Below, piece after piece: positions 7,885 through 16,696 of a stretch of 32,000 nt of DNA. The notes beneath the pieces are model-generated. The model was not told the DNA's origin and did not search any database. It saw only the letters and a program-made list of their open reading frames with translations. How positions within the stretch are numbered: the stretch's first letter is position 1; each line of letters opens with the position of its first letter. The position numbers and the translations under genes were made by a program. The DNA comes from Bdellovibrionales bacterium (GTDB lineage Bacteria; Bdellovibrionota; Bdellovibrionia; Bdellovibrionales; UBA1609): the NCBI GenBank assembly GCA_963692945.1, contig OY843585.1:600001-632000 (forward strand), read 5' to 3'.

Positions 7885-8122
7885 GTTATTTGATATTGAG
7901 GTATTCTTTTTCAGTGAAAGCATCCACTGGAATCGCTTCCCAACCCCTGCCTCTTCCGCTTTTGTTATTGATATTGAGGTATTCTTTTTCAGTGAAAGCA
8001 TCCACTGGAATCGCTTCCCAACCCCTGCCTCTTCCGCTTTTGTTATTTGATATTGAGGTATTCTTTTTCAGTGAAAGCATCTACTTGAATCGCTTCCCAA
8101 CGAGCCTCTTCCGCTTTTGTTA
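7881..8122 (-). repeat. tandem repeat, 3 units (79/78/77 bp), derived from the last ~18 codons plus stop of fadE
   Basis: Units are 7881..7959, 7960..8037 and 8038..8114. Each begins TTTTGTTA, which recurs at 8115..8122. Unit 3 is the true fadE 3' end. Units 1 and 2 differ from each other by one T in a T-run. They share 2 substitutions and a GAG-to-CCCTG replacement relative to unit 3. Confidence 0.95.
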
Positions 8123-10586
8123 AATTATTAAATTCTTCTTGTGAAATGATGTTGGCGTCTAAAGCTTCTTTCATGACAAATTTAACTCGCTTCTTTGGAA
8201 GTTTTTTCTTTTTAATAGCCTTTTTTATATTTTTTACAGTTTGTTCAGATTGTTTGACTAAAGTGTAAGCTCTTTTGAGTTTTTGCATTTGATGGTTTGG
8301 ATCTTGTGGCATGTAGAGATTTTCAGTTAGGGATTGGCAGAATTCTTCATCCTCTAAAAAGGATGTGGCAACTTGTTTTGAGAGTTTATCTTTTGGGGCA
8401 GAACCTATAGAGTTTGTCCGTAATAGAAAAAAGAGTAAGTGTCCTATAATAGGCAAATTAAAATTGGATAAGATGTTTTCTAGGGAGATTTGGATTTTAT
8501 GAAAACAGTAGTCTAACCCCCATTTTACAATAAACCACTCTGAATCTTTACGACCTTTTTTTTGCCAATTCCAAATGAGAGCTGTCGCCATATACTGATA
8601 AGAAAGCATATCTGCAAATCGTCCTGTTATTTTCCCTTTGATTTTGAGTTTGGCTCCAAAGATAAAAAGAGCAATATTAGTGAGCCAACTGAATAAAGCG
8701 GAACTCCAAGCCATCTTTTGAATGTATCTATGTTCTCTTCCTAAGTATCTAAGAGAAATATGAAAATACCCTCTTGTTATAGAGAGAATAGACATACGAA
8801 CGGAGTTACAAATGATTTGATAAAAATGTTTCCAGAACACTTTATCAAAAGATTTAAAATCATTTTCTTCAAGAGCTTTAATTTCTTTGTAAGCGTAAGG
8901 GTGAGCTCTTAAAGAGCCTTGTCCATAGATGATAAGTGTTCTTGTAAGGATATTAGCTCCTTCAACAGTGATAGCAATGGGGAGAGATTTGTAAAGATTT
9001 CCAATCATATTTCTAGGTCCTAAGGTTAATCCTGCTCCTCCCATAATATCCATTCCATCTAAAGAGATTTGGCGAGCAAATTCTGTGGAATTGTATTTTG
9101 TGATGGCTGTGATAATAGGAGGGTGTATCCCTTGATTGAGAGCACTGAGAGTGTAATTTTGACTAGATGACATAATATAGGTTAAACCAGCAATACGGGC
9201 TAAAGGTTCTTCAATACCTTCAAATTTGCCAATAGGTAGGCCAAATTGTTTTCTAATTCTAGCGTGACGACTTACGACCCAAGAAACTTTTTTTCCAGTT
9301 CCTATGGAAAGGGAAGGTAAGGAAATACCTCTTCCTACAACAAGGCATTCCATCAACATTTTCCATCCTTTTCCAGCTTGTTTGAGGCCTCCTATAACTG
9401 TTTCTTCAGCATCAACAATAACGTTATGGCCTTTCATTGGAGCATTGTAAAAAGGAATTCCCATAGGGTCATGATGGAGTCCTCTTTCAACTCCAGGAGT
9501 ATTAGCAGGCACAAGGGCACAGGTGATACCTAAGTCTTCTTGATCTGATAAAAGATGTTCAGGGTCTTTTAATTTAAAAGCTATACCTAAAAGAGTTGCT
9601 TTTGAAGATAGAGTGATCCAACGTTTATTCCAATTCAGTTTAATTTTTAAGCGACCATCTTGTCCTTTAAATAGGATGCCCTCTGAATTGATAGAACTTG
9701 CGTCACTTCCAGCTTGGGGTTCTGTTAAACCAAAACAAGGAAGTTCTTTTCCTATGGCTAGATTTTTTAAATATTTTTCTTTTTGTTTTTCTGTTCCATA
9801 GTTTAGAAGAAGCTCAGCAGGACCTAGAGAGTTTGGAACCATGGTTACAATAGCAACAGGAAGATTTGCTGAGGAAATTTTTTCAATCACTTTAGAATTA
9901 GCTAAGGGAGAAAAGTCCAAACCATTGTATTTTTTAGGTATAATCATTCCAAAAAATTTTTTATTTTTTAAAATCTCTTCAATCTCATCAGGTATGATTT
10001 TATTTTTTATGACATCCCATTCACTTGAAGTTCCACATAAAAGATCTGTTTCGTTTTTTAAAAAAGAACTTTCTTCTTCTGTTAATTTAGGAAAGGGTTG
10101 AGAAAAGAGAGTTTTAAAATCAGGTTTTCCTTTAAAATATTCTTTTTCTACCCATACAATTCCAGCATCTAAAGCTTCTTTTTCTGTTTGAGAGATTTTA
10201 GGGGTAAAACCAAAATATCTTAGAAGTTTGACAAGAGTAAAAGAAAGTAAGTAAGGTCTAAGGCATAAAAAGACTATATAGATTCCAGAGATGTAGGTGG
10301 CAAGCCAGAAGTGTTTTAGGCTTTCAGGCCATAGAGTAGGGTATCTCAAATCTAAGGAATCATAGTGGAATTCTCCGTAAAAGTAAGAGTAAAAAAATAA
10401 AAGTGCAAACCAAAAAAACAAAGACGTGTAGAAGTAAAAGAAAATCACAATAGTTAAAGCTAATATCAAAGGTTTTATAGGAATGGATACTAGAGGGTAG
10501 ATTATAATAAAAAGGACAAGAGAGAAGAGAGGCCAATGAACTTCTGGTTTTTTAAGTTGTTTCAAGTAGGAGATCATTTTTTTCAT
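8043..10586 (-). CDS. fadE: acyl-CoA dehydrogenase, FadE type (N-terminal TM segment, ACAD domains, C-terminal DUF1974-like extension)
   Basis: 847 aa. Hydrophobic N-terminus of about 110 aa, then the ACAD core (GLTEPQAGSDASS, ...RWITLS..., ...ITVEGANILTRTLIIYGQG) and a long C-terminal helical region, matching the E. coli FadE architecture as I recall it. Confidence 0.88.
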   Translation of the reverse strand: MKKMISYLKQLKKPEVHWPLFSLVLFIIIYPLVSIPIKPLILALTIVIFFYFYTSLFFWFALLFFYSYFYGEFHYDSLDLRYPTLWPESLKHFWLATYISGIYIVFLCLRPYLLSFTLVKLLRYFGFTPKISQTEKEALDAGIVWVEKEYFKGKPDFKTLFSQPFPKLTEEESSFLKNETDLLCGTSSEWDVIKNKIIPDEIEEILKNKKFFGMIIPKKYNGLDFSPLANSKVIEKISSANLPVAIVTMVPNSLGPAELLLNYGTEKQKEKYLKNLAIGKELPCFGLTEPQAGSDASSINSEGILFKGQDGRLKIKLNWNKRWITLSSKATLLGIAFKLKDPEHLLSDQEDLGITCALVPANTPGVERGLHHDPMGIPFYNAPMKGHNVIVDAEETVIGGLKQAGKGWKMLMECLVVGRGISLPSLSIGTGKKVSWVVSRHARIRKQFGLPIGKFEGIEEPLARIAGLTYIMSSSQNYTLSALNQGIHPPIITAITKYNSTEFARQISLDGMDIMGGAGLTLGPRNMIGNLYKSLPIAITVEGANILTRTLIIYGQGSLRAHPYAYKEIKALEENDFKSFDKVFWKHFYQIICNSVRMSILSITRGYFHISLRYLGREHRYIQKMAWSSALFSWLTNIALFIFGAKLKIKGKITGRFADMLSYQYMATALIWNWQKKGRKDSEWFIVKWGLDYCFHKIQISLENILSNFNLPIIGHLLFFLLRTNSIGSAPKDKLSKQVATSFLEDEEFCQSLTENLYMPQDPNHQMQKLKRAYTLVKQSEQTVKNIKKAIKKKKLPKKRVKFVMKEALDANIISQEEFNNLTKAEEARWEAIQVDAFTEKEYLNIK

Positions 10587-10632
10587 CTTTATATTTCATT
10601 ATGGGAGATTTTCTATTTTAAAAGCAAGTGAT

Positions 10633-12174
10633 TTATGAATGAGTTTTTGATTTCAAGAAAGGAAAAAAATAGGATAAACCTCTTTCCTGTCGCATAAAAA
10701 CTTTTAACTCTTCATAAATGCGAGGATCAAGATGTCTGTAAAAGAAAATTTTTGCTGTTTTTGAGAGAAGACCATAACGGGTAAAGATATTTTTTCGGTG
10801 TTCATGTCTTTTTAAAGATATAGGTTGATGGTAAACTTTGATTTGACTTAGTAAAAATTTTTTATTTGATTTATAGAGACGATAGCCTAAATCCGTGTCT
10901 TCAAAACCATAATAAAGGAAATTTTTACTAAACCGTCCTACGGTTATAAAATCTTTTTTGGTTAGAGATAACCCGTAAGTACAGATGTATTTCCAAGGTA
11001 CTGAAGTTTTTTGAAAACCTTGTTGATAGAAAGATCCCCAATATTTTTCATCCTCAATATAAATAGAGGATTTCCATTTTGGCTGGTTAAAGTTTTGCCT
11101 GAAACTTTGTATATCTACATTTGATTTTAAATGATATCTTTTGAGTAGAATAATATCCGCTGTTTTATGCTCTTGCTCTAATTGCTTGAGATAAGAAGGG
11201 GGAGTTAATATATCGGCATCTAAAAAAGCCAATATTTCTCCTTTAGCATACTTAGATCCTAAGTTTCTTGCAATGCCAGCACGAAATCTGCCATCTCCTG
11301 ATTTTCTAGGAATGACTCTTGGAAAGTGAATGATCTTTAGATTTAGATCTTTATTTTTGTTCAAGAAACAGTTTAGATCTTTTAGAGTGTTATCTGTGCT
11401 TCCATCATCTACAACAATGATTTCAAATTGATTTTTAGGATAGTCTTGTTTGGTTAAATAATTCAAAGAATGTATAAGTTCTGTTTTATTGTTGTAAGAA
11501 GGTAGGATAATAGAAAAATGGATTTCTTTTTTTGATTCTATATTGTTTTCTGCAAAAGGTTTTGTAAGAGGTTCTAAATCCATATCTAAAGGGATTCTTT
11601 TGTCGTATATTTCAGCAAAAAAAGGTTGGATTTGTTTTTTATTTAGAATGTTATAGTTTTTAATAAATTTATAAACTTGATGTGGAGTTAAAAAAGAATC
11701 TAGAAGAGCTGTTTTATAAGGTGAATAAATTTCTAAATTGTTTAAAGCATAGGAGGGGAGGTTTTCTTTTAAATTTATGTGTCTATTTTTTTGAGTTAAA
11801 AAAAGAGTAAAGAGAGTTTGAGAGGAAAAAGGTTCTAAATCAGAAAAAGGTATGTTTTTAATATTTTCAAAGATGATGTTTATAAAAAATCTTTTTTTAT
11901 CTAAAGAAAGTAGAGTGTTTTTATAATGAGAGAAAGAGGTTGCTTTTATTGCAAAAATGACTTTTAAGTTTTTTTCTATTGTCTTATTGAAATAGAAAGA
12001 GTTGTCAGAATCTAAATAATTCTCTGGTAGCAGTAGATATTCATAATTTCCTGAAACAGCTTTAGTAAGACTTCTTTCAAAATCAGAAATTTTTTTAATA
12101 GGAGGATTGTTTTTTTTTGTTGAGAAGCTATGGATATAAAAAGAGGGGTCTATAAGATACACTTTTTCTTTCAT
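10633..12174 (-). CDS. family 2 glycosyltransferase with an unrecognised ~215-aa N-terminal domain
   Basis: 513 aa. The GT2 core starts near residue 220 with FSIILPSYNN...EIIVVDDGSTDNT, then FLDADI (DxD) and GFEDTDLGYRL (as in Glyco_transf_7C-type C-terminal regions). I could not assign the N-terminal half. Confidence 0.8.
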   Translation of the reverse strand: MKEKVYLIDPSFYIHSFSTKKNNPPIKKISDFERSLTKAVSGNYEYLLLPENYLDSDNSFYFNKTIEKNLKVIFAIKATSFSHYKNTLLSLDKKRFFINIIFENIKNIPFSDLEPFSSQTLFTLFLTQKNRHINLKENLPSYALNNLEIYSPYKTALLDSFLTPHQVYKFIKNYNILNKKQIQPFFAEIYDKRIPLDMDLEPLTKPFAENNIESKKEIHFSIILPSYNNKTELIHSLNYLTKQDYPKNQFEIIVVDDGSTDNTLKDLNCFLNKNKDLNLKIIHFPRVIPRKSGDGRFRAGIARNLGSKYAKGEILAFLDADILTPPSYLKQLEQEHKTADIILLKRYHLKSNVDIQSFRQNFNQPKWKSSIYIEDEKYWGSFYQQGFQKTSVPWKYICTYGLSLTKKDFITVGRFSKNFLYYGFEDTDLGYRLYKSNKKFLLSQIKVYHQPISLKRHEHRKNIFTRYGLLSKTAKIFFYRHLDPRIYEELKVFMRQERGLSYFFPFLKSKTHS

Positions 12175-12212
12175 ATTGACTTCTGAAGGTTATTTTTTTA
12201 ATTATTTATCAA

Positions 12213-13292
12213 ATGATTCTTTCAGTTATTATTCCCACACATAATAGATTTTTTCAAGTCAATCTATTGATAAAATCTCTTTTAGAGCAAGAATTTTCTA
12301 GAACAGATTTACAGGTTCTTCTTGTTTCCAATTTAAAAGATAAAAGATTGAGAAAGCAATCTAAGGAGTGGGAAAAATTATTTTATAATTTTAAATATCT
12401 AGAAGTGGGTTCTAAAGGAGTTAATAAAGCCCGTAATATGGGCATTCGCTTTGCCTCTGGTGAAGTGCTTTATTTTTTAGATGATGATTGTCTTTTAGCC
12501 CATAAAGATCATTTGAATCAAATCCTTTCAGCTCATAAGAGGTATCCTTATACTATTGGTATTGGTGGTGGTTATAAAACCAAGTTGGAATTAAAAGGGA
12601 TGAACCAGTTTTATCATGATCAATCTCTAAAGTGGTTAGAAAAGCAAGAGTTTGGGGGGAATCAAAAAATCTCTCAACTTATAGGGGGCAATGCCTCTTA
12701 TAAGAGAGAGATTTTTGATAAAGGTTTTTCCTTTGATTCTCAAATCCTTTTTGGAGGGGCTGAAGAGAGTTTCAATCGTTTATTGATTGAAAATGGTTAT
12801 GAACTCTTATTTTTTAAAAATTTATATGTCTATCATATTGTTAAATTGGATTTTTTAGAATTTATGAAAAAAAGTTTTTTGCAAGGAGCAGGGTCTTTTA
12901 AAAATCGTTATGATGCAGGTCAGAGTTTAAAACGACTTACAGATATGAAAAAAGAAGCGGCTTTTTCTATTGAGAGTTCTTCTTTTTTTTCTTTCATCTA
13001 CAATGTTTTTTTTAAATTAGGTTACTTCTGGTCGGCTTCTTTATTTAAAACTGGTAAATTTTTTTTATTTCGTTTTGTTTATTTTTTATTTTTAATTATG
13101 ACTAGTCGTTTGGTTTTAATAAGAGAGCATATTGTGTTTCGGTATGTAGGTTACATGGGTCAGTTCTACGGTCATGTTTTAATCCCTATTTTTCATAAAT
13201 CTCCACCCATGAAAATTTATTACTTCACTAAATATCAATTTGATAAACGAATTAAGCCATTGTTTAGGAAAAATGAGTTCTATAAAAAATAA
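12213..13292 (+). CDS. family 2 glycosyltransferase with a hydrophobic C-terminal tail
   Basis: 359 aa. LSVIIPTHNR...LQVLLVSN, ARNMGI and YFLDDDC (DxD). The C-terminal ~90 aa are hydrophobic (FFSFIYNVFFKLGYFW...FVYFLFLIMTS). No SD precedes the ATG. Confidence 0.8.
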   Translation: MILSVIIPTHNRFFQVNLLIKSLLEQEFSRTDLQVLLVSNLKDKRLRKQSKEWEKLFYNFKYLEVGSKGVNKARNMGIRFASGEVLYFLDDDCLLAHKDHLNQILSAHKRYPYTIGIGGGYKTKLELKGMNQFYHDQSLKWLEKQEFGGNQKISQLIGGNASYKREIFDKGFSFDSQILFGGAEESFNRLLIENGYELLFFKNLYVYHIVKLDFLEFMKKSFLQGAGSFKNRYDAGQSLKRLTDMKKEAAFSIESSSFFSFIYNVFFKLGYFWSASLFKTGKFFLFRFVYFLFLIMTSRLVLIREHIVFRYVGYMGQFYGHVLIPIFHKSPPMKIYYFTKYQFDKRIKPLFRKNEFYKK

Positions 13293-13333
13293 GAAAAATA
13301 TTTTATTTGCAAAGTTATTTTTTGTTATTTAGT

Positions 13334-14227
13334 ATGAATGCTATGTCTCTTTTTAGGCAACATTATCAGAAAGCCAATCTCTCTCCTCCTATTTATCATT
13401 TTGTTTTAGGTTCAGGTTACAGTCCTCTTGTGAATGAAGTGAAAAAATTAAAAGTTTTTAACAACTGGGAAGAACGACAAAGTCTTTTTTTTAAAGATAT
13501 AGCAACAATACCAATACCAACCATTCCTTCTCATGAAGGAGTTTTTCGTTATTTTTTTCATAAACCAACGGGTTTATCTATAGTTTTACAAAGTGGTCGC
13601 ATTCATGCTTATGAAGGTCATTCTGCTTCTGTTGTTGTTCAACCTGTTATTCAATCTTTCTTATCAGGAACTAAAAATTTTGTTGTTACAAACATTTCAG
13701 GAAGTTTAAAAAAGGAATATAAAATAGGAACAGTTATTGCACTCACAGATCATGTGAACAAAACGGGTCTGAGTCCTTTAGTGGGAACCGGCTTGAAAGA
13801 TAGTCAGGGTAAAAGTTTAGGAGATCCGTTTCCAAGTATGAGCCGTGTTTATGATTCCAATATGCGAGAACAAATAACAGAAGAGTTTTTATCACTTGGT
13901 TTAAAAGTGGCGAAGGGGGTTTATGTTGGTGTTTTAGGTCCTGAATTGGAAACTTCAGCGGAGATAGAATGGCTTAATAGAAGCTCACATGGTTTGTTTG
14001 ATGCTGTTGGTATGTCCACCGTTTTAGAAGTGATTGCTTTAAAACAAGCAAGAGCTAAAGTCAGTGGATTTTCTTTAATTTCTAATCCTGCGACAGGTTT
14101 AGATTCGGAATATAAAGAGTTGTCAGCCAAAGAAATGTTTTCTGCTATTCAAGAGTATGCTAAAAAAATGATAGAGTCTTTTTTTAGTTACAGTGAAAAA
14201 AGATTTGATAAAGGTGATTATGAGTAA
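13334..14227 (+). CDS. punA: purine nucleoside phosphorylase (trimeric PNP/PunA type)
   Basis: [24 protein letters not shown] and VGMSTVLEV motifs. I prefer ATG 13334 (MNAMSLF...) over the TTG at 13307 used by the ORF track. The stop overlaps the scoA start. Confidence 0.85.
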   Translation: MNAMSLFRQHYQKANLSPPIYHFVLGSGYSPLVNEVKKLKVFNNWEERQSLFFKDIATIPIPTIPSHEGVFRYFFHKPTGLSIVLQSGRIHAYEGHSASVVVQPVIQSFLSGTKNFVVTNISGSLKKEYKIGTVIALTDHVNKTGLSPLVGTGLKDSQGKSLGDPFPSMSRVYDSNMREQITEEFLSLGLKVAKGVYVGVLGPELETSAEIEWLNRSSHGLFDAVGMSTVLEVIALKQARAKVSGFSLISNPATGLDSEYKELSAKEMFSAIQEYAKKMIESFFSYSEKRFDKGDYE

Positions 14228-14915
14228 AGTTTATAAAGATGCCGATTCAGCATCTTACGATATTAAAGATGGTGCTGTTTTATTAGTAGGGGGTTTTGGG
14301 CTTTGTGGTATTCCAGAAAACCTCATCACTTCTTTAAGAAATAAGGGAATTAAAAATTTAACATGTATTTCTAATAATGCTGGAGTGGATGATTTTGGAT
14401 TAGGTCTTCTTTTAGAGACTCATCAAATTAAAAAAATGATTGCTAGTTATGTTGGAGAAAATAAAATCTTTGAACAGCAATTTCTTAATAAAGAATTAGA
14501 AGTGGAATTGACTCCTCAGGGAACTTTGGCTGAACGTATCCGTGCTGCTGGAGCAGGTATTCCTGCTTTTTATACACCAACAGGGGTAGGAACGCAGGTT
14601 GCAGAAGGAAAGGAAGAAAGAGAGTTTGGAGGTAAAAAATTTCTTTTAGAAAAGGCTTTGTCGGGAGATTTTGCTTTGATTAAAGCTTGGAAAGGGGATT
14701 CTTTTGGGAATTTAATCTATAGAAAGACAGCAAGAAACTTTAATCCTATGATGGCCACAGCCGGTCGTATCACTATTGCTGAAGTGGAAGAGTTGATCGA
14801 GCCTGGTGGGTTAGAGCCAGATCAAATACATACACCGGGTGTTTTTGTGCAAAGGATTTTTGAAGGGAAAAATTACGAAAAAAGAATAGAACAAAGAACG
14901 GTCAGGGAATCTTAA
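14220..14915 (+). CDS. scoA: 3-oxoacid CoA-transferase subunit A
   Basis: [11 protein letters not shown]...[16 protein letters not shown]...[25 protein letters not shown], the canonical ScoA/AtoD pattern. ATG 14220 has an AAGGTGA SD upstream; the track ORF starts earlier, at 14193. Confidence 0.9.
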   Translation: MSKVYKDADSASYDIKDGAVLLVGGFGLCGIPENLITSLRNKGIKNLTCISNNAGVDDFGLGLLLETHQIKKMIASYVGENKIFEQQFLNKELEVELTPQGTLAERIRAAGAGIPAFYTPTGVGTQVAEGKEEREFGGKKFLLEKALSGDFALIKAWKGDSFGNLIYRKTARNFNPMMATAGRITIAEVEELIEPGGLEPDQIHTPGVFVQRIFEGKNYEKRIEQRTVRES

Positions 14916-14917
14916 AA

Positions 14918-15568
14918 ATGGATCGTTATCAAATTGCTCAAAGAATTGCTCAAGAAGTTGAATCTGGTTTTGTGGTGAACTTAGGAATAGGAATTCCAAC
15001 TCTTGTTGGAAATTATATTTCTTCTGAAAAAAAGGTTCTTATGCAAAGTGAAAATGGCTTATTAGGGCTTGGTTCTTTTCCTTTAAAAGGAAAGGAAGAT
15101 GCTGATCTTATCAATGCAGGGAAACAAACAGTGACAACCGTTAAAGGGGCTTCTTTCTTTTCTTCGGCAGAGAGTTTTGCAATGATTCGAGGCTCTCATG
15201 TGGATTTAAGTGTTTTAGGAGCTTTACAAGTGGATCAAACAGGATCTATAGCCAATTGGATGGTTCCGGGAAAAATGGTTAAAGGTATGGGAGGAGCTAT
15301 GGATTTAGTGGCAGGAGCCAAAAAAGTTATTGTGGCTATGCAACACACAGATAAAAAAGGAAATTCTAAACTTTTGGAAAAATGCACTTTACCTCTTACA
15401 GGTCTTCAATGTGTAAATCGTATTGTAACAGATTTGGCAGTTATTGATGTCACCTCTCAAGGTTTTGTTTTAAAAGAAGTGGCTCCCGATGTAAAAAAGG
15501 AAGAAGTGATTTCTAAAACAAAAGCTCCTTTAAAGATAGCCAGTGATTTAAAGGTTATCTCAATCTAA
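14918..15568 (+). CDS. scoB: 3-oxoacid CoA-transferase subunit B
   Basis: 216 aa. VNLGIGIPT, then the SENG catalytic-glutamate motif (MQSENGLLG) and GMGGAMDLV. Lies 2 nt downstream of scoA. Confidence 0.9.
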   Translation: MDRYQIAQRIAQEVESGFVVNLGIGIPTLVGNYISSEKKVLMQSENGLLGLGSFPLKGKEDADLINAGKQTVTTVKGASFFSSAESFAMIRGSHVDLSVLGALQVDQTGSIANWMVPGKMVKGMGGAMDLVAGAKKVIVAMQHTDKKGNSKLLEKCTLPLTGLQCVNRIVTDLAVIDVTSQGFVLKEVAPDVKKEEVISKTKAPLKIASDLKVISI

Positions 15569-15579
15569 ATACAAACAAA

Positions 15580-16572
15580 CTAATCAACTTGTTTCATAAA
15601 TGATTTTGGTTCTATAGGAGAACGCATTTGCTCTATAGAAGCTGGTAGTTTTTTCACAAAATCTTCTTTTCGTATTTTACAATAGAGGACATCACAATGT
15701 TTACAATACGCTCTTCTACAGGGGTCTAAATGAACGCCTAGTTCTGCTTTTTTGTCATAAAGGTTATTTATTTTTTCTTCCAAATTATTTATCTCTTCAT
15801 GTATTTTTGTAACATCCCAAAATTCAGGAATAACAAAATGAGCATCTATATGATGAAATTCACCTGATCGTATAACTTTAACTTGATGGATTTGAATAAA
15901 CCCTTCTCGTTTTATTGTATTGAAAATAGTTTCTAATTTTTTGAGCAATTTTAAATCTTCTTTATCTAACATTTCTCCAATAGAAGAGCGAATATGTTTT
16001 ATACTTAGATAACCTATAAAACCAGCAATAGCTAAAGCAATGAGGGAATCTATAAAAAATAAACCCGTTGATTTCACAATAAATAAACCCAGAATAACTC
16101 CTACAGTTGTTAGAACATCGGAAAGTATATGTGTTCCACTCATATTGAGAGCAACAGAGTTTAATTTTTTAGATTGATATTTTAAAAATAAACCAAGGAA
16201 TAAATTCACTACACCTGTAATGGTGATGATAAAAATTCCCGAATTTAATTCAAAAATGGGTTTTGGATTGATGAGATTAGGGACGGATTCAAAAATAATG
16301 GCCAAAGCTGCAAAGGCTAAAAGTCCTCCTTCTGTAGTAGAAGAGATGTATTCTAATTTACCTGTTCCATAGGGAAAATGAGGGTCTGGTTTTCGGTTTT
16401 TATGAAGTGTGTAAAAAATCAAACCAGAGGCAACAACATTTACAATGCTTTCCATAGCATCAGAAAAAATAGCTTCTGAAGAAGTTATTTTGTAAGCTAA
16501 GAATTTTGCTATCAATAAAATAAAGCTGACAACAAAATAAATAAGTCCTGGTATATATCTGGCTTTATTCAT
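15580..16572 (-). CDS. cation diffusion facilitator (CDF) family metal efflux transporter
   Basis: 330 aa with six TM segments. Has SDAMESIVNV (TM2 DxxxS/D site), HILSDVLTT (TM5 HxxxD site) and a cytoplasmic C-terminal domain. The tail carries CRRAYCKHCDVLYC. Confidence 0.85.
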   Translation of the reverse strand: MNKARYIPGLIYFVVSFILLIAKFLAYKITSSEAIFSDAMESIVNVVASGLIFYTLHKNRKPDPHFPYGTGKLEYISSTTEGGLLAFAALAIIFESVPNLINPKPIFELNSGIFIITITGVVNLFLGLFLKYQSKKLNSVALNMSGTHILSDVLTTVGVILGLFIVKSTGLFFIDSLIALAIAGFIGYLSIKHIRSSIGEMLDKEDLKLLKKLETIFNTIKREGFIQIHQVKVIRSGEFHHIDAHFVIPEFWDVTKIHEEINNLEEKINNLYDKKAELGVHLDPCRRAYCKHCDVLYCKIRKEDFVKKLPASIEQMRSPIEPKSFMKQVD

Positions 16573-16696
16573 ATATAGGTATTCTAGTCTTTGAATATTT
16601 ATTTATCAATAAAAGAAAAGTTATTTTCCTATAAAATAGGCAAATAGGTTTTTGATAATGGTGGACAGTTATCTTAAAAAAAGATAAATATAAAAA

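Noticed and set aside
7881-8122. CRISPR array or diversity-generating retroelement (TR/VR pair) as an explanation for the repeats at the fadE 3' end
   Set aside because: The units abut directly with no unique spacers, so this is not a CRISPR array. There is no reverse transcriptase nearby and the units are only ~78 bp. The differences are not adenine-specific: they are two substitutions (A to C and A to G on the coding strand) plus an indel block. A DGR is therefore not supported.
7886-8123. ORF-track entries 7886..8080 (-, 64 aa) and 7890..8123 (+, 77 aa) as genes
   Set aside because: Both lie entirely within the tandem repeat. The minus ORF is a concatenation of two relic fadE C-terminal copies, created by a 1-nt deletion. 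The plus ORF is its antisense. Neither has an SD or an independent start context.
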